DNA from: Chiloscyllium plagiosum
Taxonomy: Eukaryota
DNA length: 52,815 nt
Assembly: GCF_004010195.1 (NCBI RefSeq)
Contig: NC_057718.1
Coordinates: 67,658,408 to 67,711,222, forward strand
Direction: 5' to 3'
Under the pieces are notes generated by a model. It worked only from the letters and a program-made list of their open reading frames with translations, made no database searches and was not told the DNA's origin. A program made the position numbers and the translations under genes. Shown in pieces: positions 25,701-38,600 of this stretch. Each line of letters starts with the position of its first letter. The stretch's first letter is position 1.

Positions 25701-26899
25701 TTCCCCTCGCTGTCTGACTTGCCCAGGAGTGAGGCAACACATGAGGCTTTGAGAGCTCTTTTCAAGTATTCCTCTGAGTAAGTGGTTTTGTAATGTCTGC
25801 TACATAAAATAAGCTTAAAGTATGAAGCCATTGCACAAGTCATGCTGTGTGCTAGCAATGAAGTTACTGGCACTGCATAGACTATGAAGACGCCCTCTGT
25901 AGTTCTGATGATTGTAAATGCAGCTGGCCAATTCTATAGATACAACAGTTCAGGAAGGATATCAATGTCTTGAAAGGATATTTCAGATGAGATTAATTAG
26001 TATGACCTCAGGTATAAAAAAGCTTCTGTGGAAAACCTGTAGAAACTTTCACATTCCTTGAAATTGAGAAAGTTAAGTGTTTTTTTTCTGAATGGAGATG
26101 TTGAAAATCAAGAAGAGGTTTTATTAGAGTAAACAAGAAAAAGCTATTTCACAGGATACAGATTTAAGGTAACTTGACAGCGGAACCAGAGGCAACATGT
26201 TTTATATAGTAGATTATTAACTTGCAGGTGCTGTCTGAAAAGGCAATCAATGCAGAGTTACTAGTTACTGTTAGGGAATTGGATAAATTCTTGAAGAGCA
26301 TAACTATAACTGAAGTGCACTGGAATGGAACTAATTGGACAGTCGTTTAATAGAACTAGCATGGACTTAATGGGCTTCTTTCTGTGCGGTTATATTCTGA
26401 GATTCTGTTGCATGAATCTACAATGTAGGCACCTTGTGCTATTTTTCTGGCTGCAGTTGGTGTGACATGCTCCTTCTTTCCTGGGGAGACACTGGCTCTT
26501 CATTATAAGCCTTGAATTGTGCCATACAGATGGGGAGCTAATTTGACTTTTAATCCTTGATTTTAGAAGAATCTGGGCAAGATGACAGTATAGTGGATTT
26601 GGCAGCAGATAGCTGAAGCAGATAAGAGCTTTATAAAACAAATCTTGTGGACCAGGAGGAATTACATTTTTTTTCCCTAAGCCCCTCAAGCAAGCATTTG
26701 GTATCCCTTCACTATCCAGAATTGGACACACTTCCCTTCCCTTCTGAATGCCAGGCTTTGACCTGCCCAAGGACTGACCTTTTCCTGTAACTATTGGCAT
26801 TCCTTGACACTTATACAGTTGTATGAATGACATTCAATGTTCTATCTGGCCCCAGTGGAATGTATAAACCCTGAATCCCAATGCTTCAGAGCTGCAGAC

Positions 26900-27530
26900 T
26901 GTCCTATCAGCTTGATCATCTCCATTTGGCAGCTGCAAGAGAAATGCCCTGCTATTTTATTGCCCTCACCAGGGTATTTAACCATGCAAATAGACTTTTT
27001 CAAATGCTAAAGAAAATCTGCCCATACCCTCATTGCTCTTCTAATTTCATAGTGAAGGGCAAGGTCCACTGTGGTAGCTCAATATTGGATGAGACCTGCA
27101 ATACTGAGAAACAGGAATGTCTTCTACTGCCAACACTCTTGGACTATCACTTTTCTTTGCAATTCATTTTGTGTTTGTGTATATTGTCTAATAGCATAAA
27201 GAAGACTGATTTCATGGTGGACAACCAGGCCATATTGCCATCAATCAGCATTGACAATGTGATGCTGAATGTTGATAATTCCTCATATCTAGGCTCCACG
27301 GTCACTAGGAATCTGTCAGTTTGTGGCTGAGTTCAACAAGCTCATTATGAGAACTGCAGCAATTAAAGAACAGCACTCTGACAATACAAAATTGAGTCTG
27401 CAGAAGCCTTTATGCACTCCTGTACAGTAAGTATGTCTGGATGGCTTAGGCTAGGGTGGGAGTAAAGAATGAACAATTTCCAGTTCTATGTTTCAAATAT
27501 CCAGAGAAGCAACCGAGGAGCATTCTGGAA
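26900..27530 (+). mobile_element. Decayed RTE-clade LINE RT fragment
   Basis: ORF 26881 contains FIALTRVF (FIDLTKAF-like), KQECLLLPTL (KQGCVLAPTL-like) and YLGSTVTRNLS. Confidence 0.65.
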
Positions 27531-27547
27531 GAAGCAGTTATCACGAC

Positions 27548-27886
27548 TAGATTAGATTAGATTAGATTCCTACAGTATGGAATCAGGCCCTTTGGCCCAA
27601 CAAGTCCACATCGACCCTCTGAAGAGTAACCACCCAGACCCCTTCCCCTACCCTATATTTACACCTGACTAATGCACCTAATACTACGGGCAATTTAGCA
27701 TAGCCAGTTCACCTAACCTGTACATCTTTGGACTGTGGTAGGAAACCGGAGCACCTGGAGGAAACCCACGCAGACACTGGGAGAATGTGCAAACTCCACA
27801 CAGACAGTTGCCCAAGGCTGGAATCAAACCTGGGCCCCTAGTGCTGAGAGACAGCAGTGCTAACCACTGAGCCACCCTGCCACCCC
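27548..27886 (-). mobile_element. HE1-type SINE
   Basis: Reverse complement of the 7894 SINE, with a (tagat)n tail at 27548-27568. Confidence 0.92.
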
Positions 27887-28193
27887 CTTTTTATTTTATA
27901 AACTTCTATCAGATCACCTCTGTTTCTGTAAAAGAAACTGCAGGGTGGTGTGTTGCCTCCCTGGTGCCAGGTTCAAGGATGTCTCTGAGCAGCTGTGGGA
28001 CATGCTCAAAACGGAGTCTCTGAATGGCCAGAGGTCGTGGTACATCTTGATACTAAGGACATAGGCAGGAAGAGTGACAAGTCCTGCAAAGGGAGTTAGG
28101 TTCCAAGTTGAAAAGCAGAGCCTCTAGATTTATAATCTTGAGATTACTCCCATGTCATGTGCCGGTGGGGCTAGAATAGGAAGATAGTACAGG

Positions 28194-28320
28194 GTAAAAA
28201 CAAGGACTGCAGATGCTGAAAACCAGAGTCTAGGTTAGAGTGGTGCTGGAAAAGCACAGCAGGTCAGGCAGCATCTGAGGAGCAGGAAAATCGACGTTTC
28301 GGGCAAAAGTCCTTCATCAG
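28194..28320 (-). mobile_element. Short Penelope-terminus element with ~20-bp TSD
   Basis: gaataggaagatag(t/a)acagg at 28174-28193 and 28321-28340. Confidence 0.85.
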
Positions 28321-28843
28321 GAATAGGAAGATAGAACAGGTAACTGGTTAAAGAGTTTGGAGGGCTTCAGATGTAAGGATCACTAGGATGCCTTCCAGGG
28401 TAGGTAGGATGTTATGCATCTAAACTGGAGCAGCACCAATATCCTGGCAAAGAACTTTTCTAGCATCTCTCACAAAGGTTTAAACAAGAGTGGCAGAGCG
28501 ATGGGAACCAGATCATTACGTCATCGAGTGAAATGACTGAGAAGGAGTTAGAGTCAAAGGCCAGTAAGACTAAGAGGAAGAACAGACAAGGAGGTGTTAC
28601 TGAACTTGACAGCCCAGAGTCTGAAGTGTATTTGTTTTAACGTGAGCTTAGAGCTTGGATTAGTACAAATCCATGATATTGTAGCAATTACAGAAACTTA
28701 GTTGAGAGAGGCACAATGCTAGCAGCTTAACATTCCAAGATGTTAAGGTGTGACAGTGCTGTAGAAGAGGTGGGGGAATCACATTACTAATAAGGGAGAA
28801 TATCACAGCTGTACTGAGAGAAAACCCATTGGAGGGTTCCTCT

Positions 28844-29153
28844 GTGGCTCAGCAGTTAGCACTGCTGCCTCACAGCACCAGGGACTCTGGTTCAATTCCT
28901 GCCTCAGGTGACTGTCTGTGTGGAGTTTGCACATTTTCCCCATGTCTGCATGGGTTTCCTCCGGGTGCTTCGGTTTCCTCCCATAGTCCAAAAATGTGCA
29001 GGTCAGGTGAATTGGCCATGCTAAGTGCCCATAGTGTTAGGTGCATTAGTCATGGCTAAATATACAGTAGGGAAATGGATCTGGGTGGGTTACTCTTTGG
29101 AGGGTTGCTGTGGACTTGTTGGGTTGTAGGGATTTTAATCTAATTCTAATCTA
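28844..29153 (+). mobile_element. HE1-type SINE
   Basis: Head gtggctcagcagttagcactgctgcctcacagc, V-domain core and taatc-type tail. Confidence 0.9.
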
Positions 29154-29241
29154 GAGTCCATGAACAGGAAGAGTGCAGTCACTCAGGAGTACAATCCCAA
29201 CAGGTCCCTCAACAGTCAGTGGAAGATAGAGGAATAGATCA

Positions 29242-29426
29242 GGATGAACAGCAATCCTTATTCGCAGCAGCATCAACAACAGTGAACCTTATGCTGGGCA
29301 GTCATATGGACCTCCTACACCACAATGTTATCGAGTAACCATGCAGGGCAGAAATCCAAGTAACGTGGGAGGAATGCAATATTTACAGCAACAGGTAAAT
29401 GTAATACCATTTTCAGATTATTGTAG
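29242..29426 (+). pseudogene. Degenerate partial duplicate of the ARID1B exon (3' three quarters plus donor and 32 nt of intron)
   Basis: Aligns by eye to 7157-7346 with about 9 substitutions, a 3-nt deletion and a 2-nt deletion that gives TGA in the original frame. The donor CAG|GTAAAT is kept at 29395. Confidence 0.93.
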
Positions 29427-29643
29427 TATTATAGAAGGGAAAGTAAAAGGTAGGTTAGGTTAGTGGAAGTTGTTGTAAATAGTTGTTAGTTAATTATTCT
29501 CTGTTATACTTTAAGAAATAAAGTTGTAAAATTTTACTTTAAATAGGTCTTGGCCTCTCTGATCTTCACCGATTACGGCACGGGATAAATATTTTGTGTT
29601 ACTGGTTTGAATTAAGTAGGAGGGTTTAGCCTGTGTCATAACA
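29427..29643 (+). mobile_element. Probable 3' part of a retrotransposon LTR
   Basis: Contains AATAAA near 29517 and ends ...gtgtcataACA, a typical LTR terminus; CR1 sequence starts immediately after. Confidence 0.4.
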
Positions 29644-29844
29644 GTCGACCACGTGAAATCTTGTCAAAGGCTTTACTGAAGTCCAAGTCAACAATGTCTA
29701 CCACTCTGCCCTCATCAATCCCTTGGCTACTTCCTCAAAAAACTCAAATCCAGTTTGTGAGATTTCCCTTGAATAAAGCCATGTTGATTTTACCCAAAAT
29801 ATTTCTTGCCTCTTCAAATGCATATAAATCCTTGACCTTCATAA

Positions 29845-31111
29845 TTATGAAGGGCTTCGAGAGGCTAGTCATGGTTTTCATCGACTCTAACCTCCCAATT
29901 TGCCTATCCAGTGATAGGGAAAGATTAAATTCATCTATGACAGATGTCATTTTCCCAGCCCTACACTCCTCATCCCTAAAACATCTGGATAATAGAGATC
30001 TTTTGTCAGGCTTCTACTTATGACTTCAGCTTCACCTTCGACACTGTCATCCCAACCAAACCAATCTCCAAACTGTAGACCTCTGCAAGTGGATCCTTGA
30101 CTTCCTGACCCAAAGACTGCAATCATTGAAGATAGGCATCACTACCTTCACGACAACTCTCAACACCAGATGCTCACAAGGATGTGTACTCAGCATCGCA
30201 CTGCAGTCCCTGTACACTCAACTATTTAGCTAAATTTTGCCCAAACTCTACCTGCAAGTTCACTGACGACATCGCCATGCATGCCGGATATCAAACAATG
30301 ATAAGACAGAATTCAGGAGAGAGAGAGAATGCTTGGTGACGTGTTGCAAAGATAACAATATCTCCCACAATGTCAGCAAAACTAAAGGGCTGATCTTAGC
30401 CTTCAGGAAGCAAGGAGGAGGACGTGTCCACCCACATCAGTGGACTGAGGTGAAGATGGTTGACAGCATCAAATTGTTGAGAGTGATGATCACCAACAAT
30501 CTGTCCTGGACCAATCACGTTGATGTGATGGTCAAAAAGGCACAACAATGTCTCCTCTTCTTCAGGAGGCTAAGGAAATTCAGCATGTCCAGAAGGACCC
30601 TCACCAACGTTTACAGATGCACCATAGAAAGCGTTGTATTTGGATATATCATGGCTTAGTATGGTAATTGCTCTTCCCAGGACCTTAAGAAACTACAGAA
30701 AGTTGTGTGCACAGCCCAGACCATCACGTAGCAAATCTTCCATCCGTTGCCTTCATCACACTTTTCTCTTTGCCACAGAAAGGCAGCCAACATCATCAAA
30801 AATCTGTCCCAGCACGGTTATAATCTTTTCCAACCTTTTCTGTCAGGCAAAAGATACAAAAGCTCAAATACAAATGCCAGCAGGTTCAAAAAAAGCTTCA
30901 TTCCTGCTGCTGTTAAACATCTGAATCGACCTCTTAACTTTCAAATCTAATGTTTATCTTCCTTTTTGTGCACCTTCTTTACAGCCGTGACTTTGTATTC
31001 CTCGCTCTGTTCAATCACCCTATGATCTTTGTATGCTATGATCTGCCTGTACTGCACGCAAAACTAAACCTTTCACTGTACTTAGGTACGTGACAATAAT
31101 AAATCAAATCA
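29845..31111 (+). mobile_element. Rex1/Babar-clade LINE RT fragment with 3' tail, inserted in a minus-strand CR1 (29644-29840 and 31112-32230)
   Basis: IMKGFERLVM; CKDNNISHNVSKTK.LI.AFRK; KKAQQCLLFFRRLRKF; YRCTIES; tail gtgacaataataaatcaaatcaa. Confidence 0.85.
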
Positions 31112-33086
31112 AGAATGCCCCTACACTCCTTATACTGCTTAAGTGATTCATTTGAACCCAGTTGTTGATGTTGAATATATGATTCATTCTTATTCTTAAC
31201 TTGAACCTCAATAGCATTATTCATGCATTGTTCTCTAATCTTACCAGCCTTACCATTCACTCTAACAGACACATAATGAGTCTGAACTCTCATTATCATA
31301 CTTTTGAAAGTCTCCCACTTAATCAGACGTTCCTTTATCTGTGAACAGTCTACTCCAATCAATTTTTGAAAGTTGTCTCATAACGTTAACATTTGCTTTA
31401 TTCCAATTAAAACCTTGAATTTTTATGGAAGGATTTGCATAACTATTTTAAAACAAATAGAGTTGTGATCACTAGACCCAGTCAGTTCAGTCACTTGCCC
31501 TTACTTATTACCCAAGTTTTGCTCCTTCTCTAGTTGGAACATTTACGTATTGATGAAGAAAAGTTTTTTGACACCATTAACAAATTCTTCACCATTCAAA
31601 CCTTGAACACTATGGTAGTTCCAGTCAATGTTTGGAAAATTAAAATTGCCTACTGCTACAACTGGGATATCTCCACATACTTGTTCCTCAGGCTGTTGGG
31701 AGGTGTATAGTATAATCCCATTAAGGTGTTCATTCCCTTTTTTATTTCTGATTTTGACCCATATATTTCACTGGATGATTTTTCAGAAATATCTTCTTTA
31801 GTTACAGTTTGTTTCCTTTAATCAAAAATGCCACTCTCTATCCTTTTTTGCTTCCTTTCTATCCTTCCTATATATATATATCTGAAACCCAGAATATGGA
31901 TCTGCCAATCCTATCCATCCTTCTGGCAAGTCTCTGGAATAGTTATGGTGTTCAAGTCCCATTTTCCCAGACATGCCCTGGGTTCATCAGCCTTAGCTGA
32001 AAGACCCCTTGTATTGAAGTAAACATAGTTTAATCCTTCAGGTTCACTTCGTTCTCTGACTTGCTGTTGTCTGTGTTTTCTATTTAATTTGTTTTTTTTT
32101 CCGATTCATCTATCTTTCTATTTACTGTGCTACTTAGGATCCCTCCAGTCCCTTTCTCTAATAGCTTACAGACTTGCTAAATAGAATTAGTAAATCCTCC
32201 CGATAGGATATTGGTACCTTTTCCTTGTAGGAGAGGAGACTTGGGTTCTTTATTTTGTCACCTGAGCACTGAGCAGGGTGACCTGATGACCTTCCATCAT
32301 ATTAAATTCCTCTTGTCAGCCTCTGAATTAAGCTTGGATGGAAACTGGCACTTAAGTGACTAATTATTAACCGCTTAAGAACATCAAGTAGGGGCAAGGG
32401 TGGAAAGGTATCCGAGGCCGCTTCCATCCCATGTAAAATTGTGAATAGTTATGTTTACTAGGACTTTTACGGGTTTCTTTCTTGCAAGTCCACAGGGACC
32501 TCAAATTCTGTGTATCACGTGAAAACAATTTTACAAGAGCTGCTAAGTTATTTAGTGCTTCACTTACACTGTTTAAGATTGGCTGACAACTAATGTGCAG
32601 TTTGAGAGATGATTTGACTATTTGTCTCACGGTGCATGGAAACACTTTTCAAAAAAAAAGTAAGAGGAGTAGGTCGTTTGGCCATTTTGAACCACCAGTC
32701 ATTAATATCATGGCTGAACATCCAACTCAACAGTCTGTTTGTGCTTTTCTCCATATCCTTGGGTCTCTTTAGGCCCAGGCACGATAAACAAATCCCTGTT
32801 GAAATCATCAAATGTTTTAGTGTTTGCTTTTTGTAGTAGCAAATTTCACAGGTTCCTCACTCCCTGAGTGAAGAAACCTCTCCTAATCTCAGTCTAAAAT
32901 GATTTACGCCGTCTGCTTGGACTGTGATCCCTGGTTCTGGACATCCCCGCTATTGGTAACATCCTGCATCTACCCTATCTAGACCTGTTAGCATTTTATA
33001 GATTTTTGAGATATCCTTTACTCTTCTGAAATCCAGCGAAAATAATCCTAACCAATTCAACGTCAGTCCCATCATCCCAGAAATTG

Positions 33087-33735
33087 TAGAACATAGAACA
33101 GTACAGCACAGTACAGGCCCTTCGGCCCACATGTTGTGTCGAACATTTATCTTAATTTAAGATCAACCTAACCCACACACCCCTCAATTTACTGCCATCC
33201 ATGTGCTTGTCCAGCAGTCTCTTTAAATGCCCCTAATGTCTCTGACTCTACTATCACCACTGGCAATGCATTCCATGCACCCCCCACTCTCTGTGTAAAG
33301 AACTTATCTCTGCTATCTCCCCTGTACCTTCCTTCAATCACCTTAAAATTATGACTCCTCGCGACAGCTATTTCTGCCCTCGGGAATAGTGTCTGGCTAT
33401 CTACTCTATCCACGCCCCTCATTGCCTTGTACACCTCTATCAAGTCACCTCTGTTCCTCCTTCTCTCCAATGTGAAAAACCCAAGCTCACTCAACCTCTC
33501 TTCAAAAGACAAGCCCTCCAATCCAGGCAGCATTATGGTAAATCTCCTCTGCACCCTCTCTAAAGCATCTATACCCTTCCTATAATGAGGTGACCAGAAC
33601 TGGACACAATATTCCAACTGTGGTCTATCCACAGTTTTCTAGAACTGCACCAAGACCTTTTCAACTCAATCCCCCATTAATTAAAGCTGCCTTAACAACC
33701 CTATCAACTTGGGTGGCAACTTTGAGGGATCTGTC
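33087..33735 (-). mobile_element. Younger CR1 3' end nested in an older minus-strand CR1 (from about 32660)
   Basis: ORF 33189-33632: RPQLEYCVQFWSPHYRK.IDALERVQRRFT...RGDLIEVYK; (atagaac)n tail. Confidence 0.92.
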
Positions 33736-35630
33736 TGGTAAACGTTTGTTGGATTTGCTTTATAGCAGAAATATCCTTCCTCCAATAAAGAGACCGAAAC
33801 TGTGCACACTGTTCGAGGTATGGTCTTACCAAGGCCTTGTGCAAATGCAACTAGACTATTGGTATCCCCAACTCCAGATCCCTACTAATACTGATTTTCT
33901 TCAGTTTCTCTGTCTTCTTAAACCCTATGTGTTCTCCAACATTTCTGGCATGTTACTTGTGCCCTTCTTTGTGAACACTGAGCCAAAGAATATATTTTGT
34001 TGGTCTGTAAGGGACCTCATTTGTCGTCTTCAATCTTTTCTCTTCACATTCCAAAATAAATATTTAATGTCAACTTTTATTCTCTGCCAGCTTATTATCA
34101 TACTCTATTTTCCCTCTCATAATCTATCCTTTTGTCCTCCTTTGCTGAATTCTAAATTGCTCCCACCCTTTGGTCTGTTATCCTTTTCTATTCTGGCCTA
34201 TATTTATGCCCTCCCTTGAATCCTGTCCTGTCTCTATTTTCCCTCATAAGCCATGGATTGGCCACCATTTTTGGGTTTTACTTTTACATCAGACAGGCAT
34301 GAATAATTTTTGCAGTTCACCTGTGCGCTTTTGAATGTTTGCCATTGACTTTCTATTGTCCTCCCTTTCAAATAACATTCCCTAATTTATCACAACTAGC
34401 TCTCGCCTTATACTGTTGTCATTTCCTCTATTTAGATTTGGGACCCCAGTCTCAGAATCAACCATGTCATTGTCCATCTTGATGAAGAATTCTATCATAC
34501 CATGGTTGTTTATCCACAATTAGACTGCCAATTAGTCCTTTCGTATGAGACAATACCCAGTTAAAGACAGCTTATTCTCGAGTTGGTTCCCCCAACATAT
34601 TTGTCCAGAAAACTGTCCTTTATACACTCCAGGAATTCCTTCTCTATGGTATTCTTACTAATTTGATTTGCCCAATTTATATGGAGATTGAAGTGCCCCA
34701 TTATCACAAATGTTCTTTTATTGCTCATGCCTCTAATTTCCTGTTTAATTCCATTTATAACCTCAATCCTGCAGTTTTGGTGACTTTATAAAAACCTCAT
34801 GTCTTTTGCCCTTTTGTGTTTTTCAGCTCTATCTGTCCAAGTGCCTTTTAAATGTTGTTAATGTACCCGCCTCAACCACTTCTGCTGGCACCTTTATTCC
34901 CTGTGCATACCAGCCTCTGTAAAAAAAAAAGTTGCCCCTCAGGTTCCCTTTTATTCTTTCCCTTCTAACCTTAAACTGATACCGTCTTTTTTTCTCAGTG
35001 AAAAAGACTGAGCGGATTCACCTTATACATGCCAATCCTGGTCTAATACAGTTCTATACAATTCCCCCCTCCGTCTCCTACACTCTAAAGATAAAAATCT
35101 TAGCTTGTCCGATCTCTCCCTGTAACTCAGACCCTTGAGTCCTGATAGCATCCTTGTAAATTTGGTCTGCACTCTTTCCAGTTCAATAACATCCTTCCCT
35201 ATACCAAGGTGACCAAAACTGAACACAATACACCAAGTGCGGCCTCACCAACATCCTGTACACCTGCGACATAACTTCCCAACTTATTTATTCAGTGCTT
35301 TGACTGAAGGCCAGTGTGCCAAAAGCCACCTTCACTGCCCTGTCTACCTGTGACTCCACTTTCAGAGAACCAGGCTCCTGAATTCCAAGGTCCCTCCGTT
35401 CTACTACACTCCTTTAAGGCCCTACCTTGATTTGACTTTCCAAAATGCAGGATCTCTCACTTATCTACATTAAACTCCATTTTCCATTTCTCTGCCCACT
35501 TCCCCAGCTGATCAAGGACCTGTTGCAATTTCTGAGAACCTTCCTCTCTGTCCACAAAATCTCCTAGTTTCATGTTATCTGCAAATTTACTAATCGTGCC
35601 TTGTACATTCTCATCCAAATCATTGATGTA

Positions 35631-38600
35631 TTTTAATAAGGTAGTCTTAAAATTATAAAAACTTACCTCATATGTTCAGTGATATCCATTTTGCCAGTAG
35701 CAGCAGCAGTGGGAGGAGTGACAGCGTGGACTAGGGGCCTGCCAGAAAAGTAAATTTAAAATTATATAAACTTACCTTGTGAATAGGTAGAGCGCACGCT
35801 GAGCAGTAGTGGACATGGGACTGCTGAGTAAGTGAAGTAATGTATTTGCGTGGTTGCATTACCCGAAAAACTACTAGGTAGTGTCTCCCACCCATCCAAG
35901 CCCCAAGTCGTGGACCACTTAGGTACTAATGACATAGTTAGGAAAAGGGATGGGTATTTAAGGCAGAAATTCAGGGAGCTAGGGTGGAAGTTTAGAACAA
36001 AGAGTTGTCACCTCTGGTTTGTTGCCCATTCCACGTGCTAGCGAAGCGAGGCATAGGGAGAAAGAGGGAGGAGTTGAACAGGCTACAGGGATAGTGCAGG
36101 AGGGAGGGCTTTTGGATACTTGGATAATCTGGGCTCATTCTGGAGTTGGTGGGACCTTGACAAACTGGATGGTCGATAACTGAACCAGAGGGGTACCAAT
36201 ATCCTGGGGGGATGTTTTGCTAATGCTCTTTGGGAGGGTTTAAACTAATTCAGCAGGGGGATGGGAACCTAAATTGTAGTTCGTGTCCAGGAGGTTGAGA
36301 GTTATGAGGTCAGAAATATGGTTTCAAGGTCACAAGAGTTCACCGGCAAGCAGGAAGGTGGTTTGATGTGTGTCTACTTCAACGCCAGGAGCATCCGGAA
36401 TAGGATGGATCGGTACCTGGAACTTCGATGTTGTGGCCATTTCAGAGACATGGATAGAGCAGGGACAGGAAAGGTTCTGGGATTTAGATGTTTCAGTCAG
36501 AAGAGAGAAGATGGTAAAAGAGGGGTATATGTGGCATTGTTGGTCAAGGACATTATTACAGTAGCAGAAAAAACGTTTGAGGACTTGTCTACTGAGGTAG
36601 TATTGGCTGAGATTAGAAATAGGAAAGGAGAGGTCACCCTGTTGGGGGTTTTGTGTAGACCTCCGAATAATTCCAGTGATGTAGAGGAAAGGATAGCAAA
36701 GATGATTCTGGATAGGAGCAAGAGTGACAGGGTACTTGTTATGGGGGTCTTTAACTTTCCAAATATTGACTGGAAATACTATAGTTGGGTGCTTTAGATG
36801 GGTCAGTTTTTGTCCAATGTATGCAGGATGGTTTCCTGACACAGTATGTAGACAAGCCAACAAGGGGCGAGGCCACATTTGGTACTGGGTAATGAACCCG
36901 GCCAGGTAGATTTGGAGGTAGGTGAGCACTTTGTAGATAGTGACCAGAATTCGGTTAAGTCTTTAGCAATGTAAAGGGATAGGTATATAACGCAGGACAA
37001 GAATAAATCCTGGGGGAAAGGCAATTATACTGCGATTAGGCAAGATTTAGGAGTATAGGATGGGAAGGAAACTGCAGGAGATTGGCACATTTAAAATGTG
37101 GAGCTTATTCAAGCAACAGCTACTGTGTGTCCTTGATAAGTATGTACCTGTCAGGCAGGGAGGAAGCTGTGGGTTATTAAAGAATCGCTTGTCAAGAGGA
37201 AGATGAAGGCTTGTGTTAGGATGAGACATGAAAGCTCAGTTAGGGTGCTCGAGAGTTACAGGTTAGCCAGGAAAGATCTAAACGAGAGCTAAGAAGAGCC
37301 AGGAAGGGACATGAGAAGTCATTGGCAGGTAAGATCAAGGAAAACCCTAAAATTTTCTATAGGTAAATGGGGAATAAAAAAATGACTAGAGAAAGATTAG
37401 GGTCAATCAAGAATAGTAATGGGAAGCTGCGTGTGAAGTCTAAGGAAGTAGGGGAAGCGCTATTTGAATATTCTTTCAATATTCACACAGGAAAAAGTCA
37501 GTGTCGAGGAGAATACTGAGATATAGGCTACTAGACCTAATAGGATTGACATTAGCAAGGAGGAAGTGTTAGCAATTCTGGAAGGTGTGAAAATAGATAC
37601 ATCCCTGGGCCAGATAGGATTTATCGTAGGATTCTCTGGGAAGCCACGGAGGAGATTGCAGAGCCCTTGGCTTTGATCTTTGTCATCATTGTCTACAGGA
37701 ATAGTGCCAGGACACTGGAGAATAGCAAATGTTGTCCCGTTGTTCAAGAAGGGCAGTAGAGACAACCCTGTTAATTATAGGCCAGTGAGCCTTACTTCGG
37801 TTGTGGGTAAAGTGTTGGAAGAGGCTATAAGAGATGGGGTTTCTTATCATCTAGAGAAGAATAAGTTGATCAGGGATAGTCAACATGGTTTTGTGAAGGA
37901 TAGGTCGTGCTTCACAAACCTTATTGACTTCGTTGAGAAGATGACCAAACAGGTGGATGAGGGTAAAGTGGTTGATGTGGTGTATTTGGATTTCAGTAAG
38001 GCTTTTTGTATATGGATATGGATATGTATATGGATTTTTGATCAGGTCTCCCATGGTAGGCTATTGCACAAAATACAGAGATGATTTAGCAGTTTGGATC
38101 AGAAGTTGGCTAGCTGAAAGAAGATAGAGGGTGGCGCTTGATGGGAAATGTTCATCCTGGAGTTCAGTTGCTAGTGGTGTACTGCAACAATATGTTTTGG
38201 GGCTACTGCTGTTTGTCATTTTTATAAATGTTGTAAATGAGGGCATAGAAGGATGGGTTAGTAAATTTGCGGTTGACACTAAGGTCGGGGGAGTAATGGA
38301 TAGTGCTGAAGGATGTTGCAGGTTGTAGATAAGCTGCAGAACTGAGCTGAGAGGTGGCAAATGGAGTTTAATGCGGAAAAGTGAGGTGATTTGCTTTGGA
38401 AGGTGCAACAGGAATGCAGACTACTGTGCTGATGCTAAGATTCTTGGTAGTGTAGATGAGCAGAGAGATATCGGTGTCCATGTACATAAATCTCTGAAAG
38501 TTGCCACCCAGATTGATAGGGTTGTTAAGAAGCCATGCACTGTGTTATCTTTTATTGGTAGAGGGATCGAGTTTCGGAGCCACAAGGTCATGCTGCAGCT

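Larger units (their letters stand above)
27935..29240 (+). mobile_element. CR1 LINE ORF1 esterase and ORF2 endonuclease N-terminal remnant, with SINE and Penelope inserts
   Basis: gtggtgtgttgcctccctggtgccagg = VVCCLPGAR (ORF1 SGNH block); gatattgtagcaattacagaaact = DIVAITET (APE domain). Confidence 0.75.

Noticed and set aside
26390..26833. 147-aa minus-strand ORF
   Set aside because: No recognisable motif or splice context; it lies next to a decayed RTE element and is likely a chance frame.
33590..34219. 209-aa ORF
   Set aside because: Antisense to CR1 fragments, crosses an insertion junction and shows no recognisable domain.
36330..36929. 199-aa minus-strand ORF
   Set aside because: Antisense to the CR1 endonuclease region.
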